Source: Candidatus Bathyarchaeia archaeon
GTDB lineage: Archaea; Thermoproteota; Bathyarchaeia; Bathyarchaeales; Bathycorpusculaceae
Direction: 5' to 3'
Length of the DNA: 64,000 bases
Assembly (NCBI GenBank): GCA_049512935.1
Contig: JBEKWR010000006.1
Coordinates: 1-64,000, forward strand
A program made the position numbers and the translations under genes. Positions 10,351 through 19,713 of this stretch are shown in pieces (within the stretch, counting starts at the first letter, position 1; each line of letters begins with the position of its first letter). The notes beneath the pieces are model-generated. The model had not been told where the DNA came from and did no database searches. It saw only the letters and a program-made list of their open reading frames with translations.

Positions 10351-11270
10351 CCTTGATGATTTGGCTCTCCACCGCAGTTGTCATCTTAACTTTTGCCGCC
10401 GTCATGCTTGTTGCAGGCAACAACCTGTCTGCATGCGTCGGTCCCGCCGTCGGCTCTAGAATCATAACTAAACGGTTCGGGATGCTGATTGGCGCCGCCG
10501 GTTTTTCCCTGGGGCTTATCGTTCAAGGAGCTGGAATGACAAGAACAGTTAATCTGCTGTTGCCAAGCGGCGTCCTGCAGTTTCGGGCTGAAGCCTTGTT
10601 GGTCGCCATACTGATTTTTGTTATCGCCGACTTGATTAGGGCGCCAGTGTCTGTTAGCATGTCGCTTGTCGGGGGTCTTGCAGGCTTGTCAGTTGCACAG
10701 GGCGCTTTTAGAAGCGGCGTGTACGTGGCTGAAGTTGCATTTATGTGGGTTGCAGCTCCCCTTATCGCCATAGCCTTCTCGTTTTACCTCCTCCGAATCA
10801 TCAATAGAAGCAAACCCAAAAATTTTTGGCGGAGACTGCAGATCTACAAGATTCTGCTCATAGCTCTAGCGCTTTCTACCTCGTATGTATTGGGAGCAAA
10901 CACCATTGGCTTGATAGTTGCAACCGGCGGCTTCGACTTAACAACCATTGCCGTGGCGGTCGCCGCGATATTTGTCGGGACGTTCTATTTGAGCGCAGGC
11001 GAAATCCGCAGGGTTTCAGAGGAGCTTTTTCTCATGCGGTACCCTAACGCCATGGCGACCCTGCTTACTTCCACCGTGCTTGTCGAGGCGGCTACGCTTC
11101 TGAAAATTCCTCTTTCCAACACGCAAGCCCTAGCGTCAGCTGTTTTCGGCGCGGGATTATCCTACAAATCCAAGTTTGTCTCAGCGAAACCGTTTCTTTT
11201 GACGGCGTCCACTTGGGTTATCGCGCCTCTTTTGAGCTTCGCAATCGGGCTGATTTTAGGCTCTATTTAG
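10347..11270 (+). CDS. Inorganic phosphate transporter (PiT family)
   Basis: AGNNLSACVG and GANTIG signature repeats, PLSNTQ, multiple TM segments. Confidence 0.85.
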   Translation: MTLMIWLSTAVVILTFAAVMLVAGNNLSACVGPAVGSRIITKRFGMLIGAAGFSLGLIVQGAGMTRTVNLLLPSGVLQFRAEALLVAILIFVIADLIRAPVSVSMSLVGGLAGLSVAQGAFRSGVYVAEVAFMWVAAPLIAIAFSFYLLRIINRSKPKNFWRRLQIYKILLIALALSTSYVLGANTIGLIVATGGFDLTTIAVAVAAIFVGTFYLSAGEIRRVSEELFLMRYPNAMATLLTSTVLVEAATLLKIPLSNTQALASAVFGAGLSYKSKFVSAKPFLLTASTWVIAPLLSFAIGLILGSI

Positions 11271-11465
11271 CTTCGGTGCTTTCTGGGGTTTGGCGTCGTT
11301 TGGGGTATTGGTATGGTCAAATCTAGTTTTCTGATGGCATAGTCCTTTATAGTAGGTGCACGGTCATGTAGTTACAATGCGAGGATCGCATTATTCACTT
11401 TTCTAACCTTTGGATTGGCATTAGTGATTTAGTGACGATTCTAGGCAAATAAAAGAGATAAAGAT

Positions 11466-12425
11466 ATGAGTTTAACTATAGAAGTCCCGAAAGTTAATAG
11501 TCACTTAGCTAATGTGTGCCCTGAATGCACAAGCAAAAATCTTGTCCACGACTACGACACAGGCGAAACCATATGCGGCGACTGCGGTCTTGTCGTGTAT
11601 GAGCAGATGTTAGATAAAGGCCCCGAATGGCGCGCTTTTACGCAAGAAGAAAAAGCCTCGAGAAGCCGCGTTGGTATGCCGACATCGTATTCAATTCATG
11701 ATAAAGGGTTATCCACTTCAATCAGCCAAGTTGACAGAGATGCGTTCGGAAGGAAATTACCCGTTTCCACTCGACTGCAGATGTGGCGTCTTAGGAAATG
11801 GCAAATACGCAGCCGAGTCCACTCATCAACCGACCGAAACCTGGCACAAGCCATGTCTGAACTTGAACGTTTATCAGGCAAAGTTTCCATTTCACCGCAA
11901 ATAAAAGAAAAAGCCTCACTCGTCTACAGAAGAGCACTCGATAAAGGGTTAGTCCGGGGAAGATCAATCAACTCTATCGTCGCAGCCGCGCTTTATGCAA
12001 CTTGCCGTAAAAGTGGCGCGCCCAGAACCCTCAGCGAAATCGCTGAAGCAAGCCTTGTCGATAAGAAAGATGTTGCACGATGCTATAGAATGCTGCTGCA
12101 AGAACTCGATTTTCACATGCCTGTTGCTGATCCGTTGACGTACGTATCAAAGATTGCTGAGAAAAACGGAATTTCAGGCAAAACACAGGGCGCAGCCATA
12201 AAAATACTTGCAGATGCAAGGCGAAAACGATTTGGGTCAGGAAAAGACCCGTTGGGCCTAGCTGCTGCGGCGCTCTACATAGCTTGTCTTCAGGAGAATG
12301 AAAAGACAACACAAAAAAACATGGCGGAATCTGCTGGAGTCACCGAAGTTACTGTTAGAAACAGGTACAAGTTACTGAAGAAGCAGCTAAACCTCGTGAT
12401 ACCTGAACAAAGAACTATTTCGTAG
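11466..12425 (+). CDS. tfb: Transcription initiation factor IIB
   Basis: Zn ribbon CPEC...CGDCG, GPEWRAF, two cyclin repeats, GVTEVTVRNRYK. Confidence 0.97.
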   Translation: MSLTIEVPKVNSHLANVCPECTSKNLVHDYDTGETICGDCGLVVYEQMLDKGPEWRAFTQEEKASRSRVGMPTSYSIHDKGLSTSISQVDRDAFGRKLPVSTRLQMWRLRKWQIRSRVHSSTDRNLAQAMSELERLSGKVSISPQIKEKASLVYRRALDKGLVRGRSINSIVAAALYATCRKSGAPRTLSEIAEASLVDKKDVARCYRMLLQELDFHMPVADPLTYVSKIAEKNGISGKTQGAAIKILADARRKRFGSGKDPLGLAAAALYIACLQENEKTTQKNMAESAGVTEVTVRNRYKLLKKQLNLVIPEQRTIS

Positions 12426-12741
12426 TTTTCTTTGTTTTGCAACTCCTTTGTTGGTCTTTCAGAGCGTCCTAGGAATCTTTTCGTCCACAACGCATAAAAA
12501 ACTGTGTTAGCTTGATTATAAAGCAAGGAACGGTTTTACGAAGCATATCGTCGTTTCTTTTATGATAAGGGATGAGAAATGAGTAAGAAAGGCGAAACAG
12601 GAGAACAAGATCGGGGAAAACCTCAGCCTCGAAAAAAGAAAGAACGGGAAGATGCCCGTAAAAAGAAGAAACTTGACAGAGCTGAAAGACAAAAATCAAG
12701 AACTTGACGCTAAAAAGTTTAACAGAATAATCATTCTGATG

Positions 12742-12767
12742 AGGTTCAAATCCTGCCCTCCCAACCA
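12742..12767 (+). other. tRNA 3'-end remnant (att-like)
   Basis: AGG-TTCAAAT-CCT T-arm followed by GCCCTCCCAACCA ending in CCA; no 5' half. Confidence 0.55.
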
Positions 12768-12917
12768 AATTTTTCGTTTTTAAACGACTGCAAAGAGCTT
12801 TGAGTTAATGTTAGTGTTTCCAGTTGGGTTTGTTTAAAAGGTTTATTAGCGAAGGTCTTATCAGCGGAGTCTGATATATCAAATCACGCGGAAGATAACA
12901 ACTGTGGAAGGGCTTGA

Positions 12918-13451
12918 TTGAATAATAAAATGCTTGCGATCGGCCTCGTGGTGGTTCTGGCAATTTCAATAGGAATTGTAGCTACGATTTATTTTCAAAA
13001 TCAAAGCATTCATTCCAAATCAAGCAGTAGCGCATATTCCTCAAGCGGCATAACCGACGGCTTGCAACTATCAATTACTCTTCAAGACAACAAGACTGTG
13101 TATTCACTTGGAGAGCAGGTGAATATGACGCTTACAGTTACCAATGTAAGCAACAAAACACAAACATTCGTTAACCTGAACGCAAATGCATCCCTTAATT
13201 ATGTTGTTTACAACAGCAACGATACGCTAATTTATCAAGAATTGTTCGGGGCGGTTCCACCGCAAAACGGAAGCGTAGTACTTGCCCCAAACGAAAACTT
13301 CACTCAAACTCTAGACTGGCCACAGCAAAACATTGAACAGCAATTTCATCAAGTACCTCCAGGAGAATACTGTATTATAGGTGTAACAGGCGTCAATACG
13401 CCACACAAACTTCAGACCGCCCGTTTAAACATAACAATCGTGAACAATTAG
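12918..13451 (+). CDS. Membrane-anchored secreted protein with Ig-like (BsuPI-like) domain
   Basis: N-terminal TM helix; Y..GE.VN.TLTVTN, L.PNE, W.Q, VPPGEY pattern. Confidence 0.6.
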   Translation: MNNKMLAIGLVVVLAISIGIVATIYFQNQSIHSKSSSSAYSSSGITDGLQLSITLQDNKTVYSLGEQVNMTLTVTNVSNKTQTFVNLNANASLNYVVYNSNDTLIYQELFGAVPPQNGSVVLAPNENFTQTLDWPQQNIEQQFHQVPPGEYCIIGVTGVNTPHKLQTARLNITIVNN

Positions 13452-13690
13452 GTAACCAGATTCTTACAATTGCTAATCCTGTAAACAAAAAACAGGCACT
13501 TAATAATGACAAACCTTTAATTGTTTAATTCATGTTTTGTTTCAAGATTTGATAGATACTAATTCTAAATCAAAAGACATTGCCTCTTGAGATTAAGACA
13601 ACCCATAGAAGCCTTTTAAATGAAAAACAGATAACTAAAGTTAACCCCCTTTCTCTTGGCAGAGGTTCTCTTTCGGGAAAAAGAAATGCC

Positions 13691-13719
13691 ATGGGTTCAA
13701 TTCCGATCTCCCAACTCCA
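13691..13719 (+). other. Degenerate tRNA 3'-end remnant (Cys-like, ends TCCA)
   Basis: ATGGG-TTCAATT-CCGAT...CTCCA; resembles remnants at 16587, 44016 and 45028. Confidence 0.5.
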
Positions 13720-13766
13720 AAGTTTGCACAAAATGGTTTCCCGATTTGCAAAGTGTGGCTGTAAAG

Positions 13767-14432
13767 TTAAATCGTGGAAAAGGCGGTGAAATGCTGTGGA
13801 AACGCTTCCATGACAGTTCTTCTTTCTTTGAGTGACGTCATAATTGCTTCTTTCTTGTCTTTCGGGAGTTGAACCCAGACTTCTTTAGCGTTGGGAGCGC
13901 TTATTATTCCTGCAAGCTTCAACAAATGGTCTTCAATTACATGAACTGGTGAATTGAAATCTGGCAATCCGCTTATTACTGCAATAGTCTTGAACGCCTT
14001 TCCTGCTAACGTGCACTCATAAGTCTTGACGCGGTCACTTCCCGCCAGCAACTGGGAAGAAGTCACGGCTATTCCCTGTTCCTTGATTACGGATTCTATG
14101 CTATCAAATAATTCGTCCAATGGAAATTGGTCTTGGTCGATAATAAAAAGAAGACACTCAACCTTTAAGCTGGTAAAATACGATTTTGTTGTTCGGAAAG
14201 CGTCAACATGGTGCCTGTCAGGTTTGACTATTCCAACGATTTTATCCGTTTTCTGGTGCCAAGCCAGGATGCCGGCAATTTCATCTTCGGGAGAGCCATT
14301 GCCGAGAATGATTAATGTGTCAATTTCCGAGGGCACTGAGAGGACAATATCCCTGATGTTGTACGTCAATCTTCCGAGGCGGTGTATGTTAATGGCTGGT
14401 CTGCTTGTGGGGTCTGAGAAGTAAAGCTTCAT
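13767..14432 (-). CDS. Hypothetical protein coupled to an ABC/AAA ATPase (possible TOPRIM-like nuclease partner)
   Basis: Start overlaps the ATPase stop (TAATG); G..PED, FIIDQD and IEDHLL acidic motifs. Confidence 0.5.
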   Translation of the reverse strand: MKLYFSDPTSRPAINIHRLGRLTYNIRDIVLSVPSEIDTLIILGNGSPEDEIAGILAWHQKTDKIVGIVKPDRHHVDAFRTTKSYFTSLKVECLLFIIDQDQFPLDELFDSIESVIKEQGIAVTSSQLLAGSDRVKTYECTLAGKAFKTIAVISGLPDFNSPVHVIEDHLLKLAGIISAPNAKEVWVQLPKDKKEAIMTSLKERRTVMEAFPQHFTAFSTI

Positions 14433-15487
14433 TAAAGCAGTGCCTCAGCAGTTCTCGCATCCACTCCTAAAGCCTTGTAGTTCTCCAAATCTTTCAGCGT
14501 CATCAATTTGGTTTGCAATTCAGAGTTTTTCAAAGAGGTTAGACAAATTTTTGTTTCTTCCTCATTGACGCCGCCAATAACCCTTGCCAACTCCAACGAA
14601 TGAGTAGAAATGATTACTTGGTGCCCACTTTTTATGAGGTCGCTAAACCAATCAGCTATGGTTATGAGCATTCGGGGGTTAAGGTGAGATTCAATGTCGT
14701 CCCAGAGCAACACCTTTGGTTGGTATATTTCAAACAGTATCCTCGTGAGCAAATAACTTTGTATGCCTTCTCCTAGGTCGCCAAGCCGTATCCTTCTACC
14801 ATCCTCTAAGTAAGCGTTAATGTCTAATTGCCCGCCGATTACTGGCTCCATGGTAAAATCAGCATATTGCTCGGGAGACAGCTTTGAGATTTCTTTCGCT
14901 ATACGCTTGGAAACACGTGTATTAACTATACTAGCCCATTCGCGTTTTAGGTACTCATAGGCAGGGCGTGTCAATTTTGGGCTAACTAACAAGGTTTGCT
15001 CACTGAAGACACGGGCATCTGCGATGTTGAGAGACAATCCGTTAACATATACTTCTCCAAAAGACTGCATGGTTTCATTTGCAATCGAAATTTGGCGGTT
15101 TCTTGATTTATTGGAGCGGAAGAAAATCGTCTGTTGCCGTTTAAGCAAATTAAGCTCAACTTGGTTGGAACCTGCTTCGTCGGGATGGTCAAGAGTAATC
15201 GTAATTTTTGCATTATCAGAGGTATAATTATACATCAAAAAAGCGTATCCCTGATAGTCAAGGGTTCGATGAATATAGTATAGCGGTTCTATTGCCTTTG
15301 ATGGAAAGCTTTGAGATTCTGGGATAAAGTAGGGAACATTTCGAAAGGGATTAGGTGCTAAGAATAGTGCCTCAAGGATGGTTGATTTTGCTGCGTTGTT
15401 TGACCCTATGAGGATTGTTAGGGGGTGTAGTTCGATTTTGCCTTTTTCGATGCCTTTGAAGTTTGAGAATTCAACCTCTTTGATCAA
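14432..15487 (-). CDS. ABC-type ATPase (AAA_15/AAA_21-like)
   Basis: IKEVEFSNFKGI, Walker A-like GSNNAAKST, signature LGEG, Walker B LLWDDIESHLNP, H-loop ISTHS; likely TTG start at 15487. Confidence 0.85.
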   Translation of the reverse strand: MIKEVEFSNFKGIEKGKIELHPLTILIGSNNAAKSTILEALFLAPNPFRNVPYFIPESQSFPSKAIEPLYYIHRTLDYQGYAFLMYNYTSDNAKITITLDHPDEAGSNQVELNLLKRQQTIFFRSNKSRNRQISIANETMQSFGEVYVNGLSLNIADARVFSEQTLLVSPKLTRPAYEYLKREWASIVNTRVSKRIAKEISKLSPEQYADFTMEPVIGGQLDINAYLEDGRRIRLGDLGEGIQSYLLTRILFEIYQPKVLLWDDIESHLNPRMLITIADWFSDLIKSGHQVIISTHSLELARVIGGVNEEETKICLTSLKNSELQTKLMTLKDLENYKALGVDARTAEALL

Positions 15488-15617
15488 CTCGATCCCTGTA
15501 CTTGCTAAGACATCGATTTGCTTTATAAAACTAATTGACGCTGACACATTCAAATAATGACAAGTGGTTAAACGCAACTCAAATTAATCTCCGCTATCTT
15601 AAGCCTTAGAGGGCGGG

Positions 15618-16565
15618 ATGAGTATGGGTAAGCTTGAAAGCGAATTAAGTAAACTTGGCTTTGTGCGAAATCGAACAAGCAATTGGAGCCGCAAACATGA
15701 CATAGTTCAGATAGTTCGTTCCTCTGAGCATCCCAAAGTTAGAGTCACATGGCGAGAATATTGGAAAGATTTTCTTGCAATTATCTTTGACTACTCCAAA
15801 ATAGACGGCCCAGTTTGTATTGTGCCGACAAAAGACTTCTTTAATGCCCCTTTTGTTAGCCAGAAGCGTAGGGAACAAGCGTATGTTAACAGTGGTAATT
15901 ATTGGTCGCAGGTTTTCGTTTTTAATGATCCCTTGCCGAGATTGATCCTCAGTTTTTCAAACAGATGGGACGTTCTTGGAGGACAGCGAGGAGAAGTTAA
16001 TGGCTGGCCAGAAACCTCTATGCATCCGCCTCAACTGTCGCCCAATCCTCCTAAGCAGCCGCCTAACTATCCCAGACAACCTTCGCCAGTCAATTTTGAA
16101 GGGCTGTTAAAAGCCTTTAGCGACAAGCATCTTCTCCATTTATATTGTGACCTAATGAAAGAGCTGCGTGAACGTCATATGGCGAGAACGAATAATTTGG
16201 TGGCTGATTACGGCGAGAAAGTAGTCGCAGAGCTATTGAATCTAAAGCTTTCTGTAGGATCAAACAAAGGTTATGATGCAATCGATGAGAAATCAGGAGT
16301 TACATATCAGATTAAGTCAAGACAAGCAACTAAACACAATGGTGCAAGCTCAAAACAGCTTGGAGCTATAAAAGATTTAGATGAAAAACTTTTTGACTAT
16401 TTGATAGCTGTTATCTTCAATGAATTTATGGAACCAAAAGACATATGGCAAATACCCTTCGGCATCATAAGAAAATACTCCACGTTTTCGGAGCGCCAAA
16501 ATGGGCATATCTTGATTTTAGCAGGCGATATTTTGCAAGACGAAGAGGTTAAGAAATTACTGTAA
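15618..16565 (+). CDS. Two-domain protein with C-terminal PD-(D/E)xK restriction-endonuclease-like domain
   Basis: Pro-rich linker, then ADYGE...NKGYDAID...YQIKSR...FDYLIAVIF. Confidence 0.6.
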   Translation: MSMGKLESELSKLGFVRNRTSNWSRKHDIVQIVRSSEHPKVRVTWREYWKDFLAIIFDYSKIDGPVCIVPTKDFFNAPFVSQKRREQAYVNSGNYWSQVFVFNDPLPRLILSFSNRWDVLGGQRGEVNGWPETSMHPPQLSPNPPKQPPNYPRQPSPVNFEGLLKAFSDKHLLHLYCDLMKELRERHMARTNNLVADYGEKVVAELLNLKLSVGSNKGYDAIDEKSGVTYQIKSRQATKHNGASSKQLGAIKDLDEKLFDYLIAVIFNEFMEPKDIWQIPFGIIRKYSTFSERQNGHILILAGDILQDEEVKKLL

Positions 16566-16681
16566 TGCTTTAAAATCCAGTGCTTTATGGGTTCAATTTC
16601 CATAAACAGTTCTTAAGCGGAATCCTGAGCTTTTTGATGAATTGTTTGATTGTTGCTTGGTTTTCTGGGTGGGTCAGGTTG

Positions 16682-17083
16682 TTATGGGGTTTTGTTGTTG
16701 AGGGTTTTTCGGATGTCGTCGATTTTGTCAAGCAGCTTTGTTTCGGTGCTTTCTGGGGGTTTGACGTCGGCTTGGGGTTGGGCGCCGCCTGGTTCTTGAC
16801 CGGCGGGGCTGATTGTGACTTCGAAGATGCAGCCTGTGAGGTCTTTTTCTTCTTGTTTCTGCAGGATTTCCATGGTCAACTTTGGGACAGTGAGGCGTCC
16901 GTCGGCTGCCATTTTGGCGAGGAATTCTTCTTCGCTGTAGCTTTCGGGGCTGAGGGGTTTGAGGGTGACTTTTAGGAGTTGGGTGGGTTCGATTTTGTAG
17001 CGCCAGCGCAGGAGTTTGGGCACTGTGATTCTGTTGTGGCGCTGCATTTTGGTTTTGAACGTTGCACTTTCGGTCAGGGGCAT
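16682..17083 (-). CDS. Tandem AbrB-like DNA-binding protein, copy 1
   Basis: Two AbrB-like motifs (RHNRITVPKLLR; ADGRLTVPKL); ATG at 17083 aligns with the start of copy 2. Confidence 0.75.
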   Translation of the reverse strand: MPLTESATFKTKMQRHNRITVPKLLRWRYKIEPTQLLKVTLKPLSPESYSEEEFLAKMAADGRLTVPKLTMEILQKQEEKDLTGCIFEVTISPAGQEPGGAQPQADVKPPESTETKLLDKIDDIRKTLNNKTP

Positions 17084-17090
17084 GACGCGG

Positions 17091-17180
17091 GCACCTTTTT
17101 CCACCTTTTTTTACCTTTTCCAACCTTTTTAAACCTTTTTACACCTTTCCTAACCTTTTATAACCTTTCCCAACCCTAAC
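17091..17180. repeat. Nine phased 10-bp units (NNACCTTTNN) directly upstream of the AbrB-like gene
   Basis: gcaccttttt ccaccttttt ttaccttttc caaccttttt aaaccttttt acacctttcc taacctttta taacctttcc caaccctaac. Confidence 0.9.
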
Positions 17181-17432
17181 CAGAGCAAAAATCAAGCCCC
17201 AAACCAAAAAAGCAACCCAAAACACAAAAAACCAAAAACCCGACCCCTACCCCCATTTTTACAACCAAAACCCTACACAAAAAGCGCATCGCATACCAGA
17301 CGGAGCCAAGTTTAGGTGAACGCCAGCCGCCGACACACCGTTGGCAGAACAGCTGACGGACACAACACCCGCTAAACGCTAAACAGAACGGCTCTAAGCC
17401 CTAAAGCCAGAGGCAGCCACGCCAGAACGCGT

Positions 17433-17639
17433 TCAAGCGTAACCCATGATGCGCATCACAACCGTCACGCCGAAGCCTAAACCGCAGCCCAGAGCAATCA
17501 TCCGCAACGCAGCCTTGTCAAGAGCAACCGTCGCCGCAAACTCAGGCAGCGCATACAAGAACTCAGACGTAACCAACAGAATTATCGCCGTCACCGCAAG
17601 AAACAGGCTGACGTCGGACAAACCTAACGGAAAAAACAC
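17433..17639 (-). CDS. Small 2-TM membrane protein
   Basis: Two hydrophobic helices; directly follows the 17645..18469 gene. Confidence 0.65.
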   Translation of the reverse strand: MFFPLGLSDVSLFLAVTAIILLVTSEFLYALPEFAATVALDKAALRMIALGCGLGFGVTVVMRIMGYA

Positions 17640-17644
17640 GCCCG

Positions 17645-18469
17645 CTACACCTCAACAAAGTTGAACAGCACTTTAACACCGCAATCGCCAGGCGACAAAA
17701 CCTGCTGGCTAATAACAACCGTTTTACCCGACGCCTTAGCAAGAACGCTCGCAACCGCACTGACCACGGGACAACCCAGCAGGCTAACGCTTTTCATGGG
17801 CGGGTCAGCACGGTACAAACTCTCGTACACAAGACCCTTCGCCTCAAAACACACACCACCCTCAACAACAGACATATCCGCCGACTGAGCCAAATTAAAC
17901 GACTCCGTCAAACAACGAGGCAAAAACTCCAAAAGCTCCTCAAAGTCAACGTGGCTAAAATCACAATGCAACCGCTCCTCCATCTGAGCCATAAGCTCAG
18001 AGCCAGGACACGTCAAAAACACGCCAGCATTCTGCGACCAAAACTTCCCCGCAGCCAACTCGTCAGCCGAAGCCTTCCCATCAAACTTCTCAGAGACAAA
18101 AACAACAGGCTCCTTCAGGTTCTTAAGATACTCGGGAACGCTGAGGTCACGGGAAAAGGGAGGAATGAAGTATCCATGCCCGTTGAACTTCAAATCCCTA
18201 ATCACCCTGTCAAACGTGGAATAAGCCGACTTGGCAGTACCGTCAAGAAGCCCACTTTCAACGTACTTGCCGTCCCTCGCCAAAAGAAAGACGACGCCCC
18301 AAAAAGTCAACCCTAACCCGACGAAAGCCGCAACCTGCAATTCAAAAAAGACAGAGAAGACAAGCACAAGGACCCCCACGACTAAGAACAAGACGGCAAG
18401 CCTCAAAGCGTTACCACGTTTTCCACGGTCAATTTTCAACACAAACACCTTTCGCAAATAAACAAGCAA
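17645..18469 (-). CDS. Hypothetical membrane protein
   Basis: N-terminal TM hairpin and soluble domain ending in GCPVVSAVA. Confidence 0.7.
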   Translation of the reverse strand: MLVYLRKVFVLKIDRGKRGNALRLAVLFLVVGVLVLVFSVFFELQVAAFVGLGLTFWGVVFLLARDGKYVESGLLDGTAKSAYSTFDRVIRDLKFNGHGYFIPPFSRDLSVPEYLKNLKEPVVFVSEKFDGKASADELAAGKFWSQNAGVFLTCPGSELMAQMEERLHCDFSHVDFEELLEFLPRCLTESFNLAQSADMSVVEGGVCFEAKGLVYESLYRADPPMKSVSLLGCPVVSAVASVLAKASGKTVVISQQVLSPGDCGVKVLFNFVEV

Positions 18470-18557
18470 AAAACAAGCACTAACTCAACTGATAGAATAA
18501 TATTAAAAGCGAAGTTTAAGGTTTACAACAAAACCTCCAACGACCCCAAACCGAGCC

Positions 18558-19712
18558 TTAACTTTTCTGCCTAGACAAGCAGTACTCTGAAAGCAACTCT
18601 ATGAATCTCTTGGAAAAATTAGCTTGTGAAAAGCGCTCAGCAATGCGGGCAAGTCGAGAGGCTTCTTGAGGATTCCAATCGTCCATCGACTTTTCCACTA
18701 TTGCCGCCGCTTCTTGAGGAGACTCGTACCTGTAACAGTCAGGAACAAACTCAGGGGCACCACCAGAATTATGAGCCACAGGCGCGCAGCCCATAGCCAT
18801 CGCTTCAGCGATTGAAATCCCAAAATGCTCAAACTTCATAGTGTGCAAGTAAACCTTCGCAGCCCCAAGGTACGACTTAATCTCCTGCCTAGAAGCATTC
18901 GTCAAAATTTGAACACGATCTTCCACGTGCAACTTCTTAATTTTCTGTTTAATCGCCAGAATTATCTGCGGGTCATGGGCTAACCCAATCATAACAAAAC
19001 GAACCTTTTTGTCGGTGAAGCTCGCAATTTCTGGAACTAACTCCATGTTCTTATTCGGACCAAATCTTCCCACGGTAACCACCAGGTTTTCGCGGGAGGC
19101 TTCAAAGTTTCTTGATCCATTCACAAAGAAATAATTCGGCACTGGCGGATAAAGAACCTTAGAATTCAAACCCATAAAACGCATGATTGCTCTTGCAGTA
19201 AAAAAGCTGTTCGCCAGAATCAATTTGTTGTTAACCCGTTCTAAGCTTCTTTCTGAAAGGTTGTAAGGCAACCCTACGACATCTTCAATATGCGGACGCA
19301 ATGTTGAAAAACGGGGTTTATGATTAGAGTCAGGATCGCGGCTCCAGGGAAAATGGAAGTAGCAAACATCAAGCCATGGGAAACAGCAGCACGAGTACGT
19401 GTCCAAAAGCAAGTCAAAATGCGACTTGAGAATAAGAGATCGTATTGCAGATTCATAAATGTGAAATTTGCCTCGAGGCTGCAGAAAAAATGGATCCACA
19501 ATCACTTTAACTGACGGATCCAGCGGTTCACCCATCATTTCTTCAGTTCTGCGCTGGTCAACATCCTTATTAACGCACAAAACTGCCTCGTAACCGTTCT
19601 GAACCAAAGAATTCGCAACAGCCAAAGCGACTATTTCTGCGCCCCCGTAGTAATCGAGGGAGGGATGAAAAATACCGATTTTCATGTTGCTTGACCGCCG
19701 TTTGAGGCACAT
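18558..19712 (-). CDS. Glycosyltransferase family 4 (ALG11-like)
   Basis: HP....GGAE, ANSFFT, VLYPPV, EHFGISIAEAMA. Confidence 0.92.
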   Translation of the reverse strand: MCLKRRSSNMKIGIFHPSLDYYGGAEIVALAVANSLVQNGYEAVLCVNKDVDQRRTEEMMGEPLDPSVKVIVDPFFLQPRGKFHIYESAIRSLILKSHFDLLLDTYSCCCFPWLDVCYFHFPWSRDPDSNHKPRFSTLRPHIEDVVGLPYNLSERSLERVNNKLILANSFFTARAIMRFMGLNSKVLYPPVPNYFFVNGSRNFEASRENLVVTVGRFGPNKNMELVPEIASFTDKKVRFVMIGLAHDPQIILAIKQKIKKLHVEDRVQILTNASRQEIKSYLGAAKVYLHTMKFEHFGISIAEAMAMGCAPVAHNSGGAPEFVPDCYRYESPQEAAAIVEKSMDDWNPQEASRLARIAERFSQANFSKRFIELLSEYCLSRQKS

Positions 19713-19713
19713 T

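Larger units (their letters stand above)
16587..17285. repeat. Left arm of ~700-bp inverted repeat (partner 43333..44041)
   Basis: Reverse-complement similarity covering the tRNA remnant, AbrB-like gene, 10-bp array and GGGGGTAGGGGTCGGG tract. Confidence 0.92.

Noticed and set aside
12469-12768. 99-aa ORF starting MVGRAGFEP
   Set aside because: Typical antisense translation of a tRNA 3' end; recorded as a tRNA remnant instead.
17091-17180. CRISPR array
   Set aside because: Contiguous 10-bp units with no unique spacers and no cas genes in the window.
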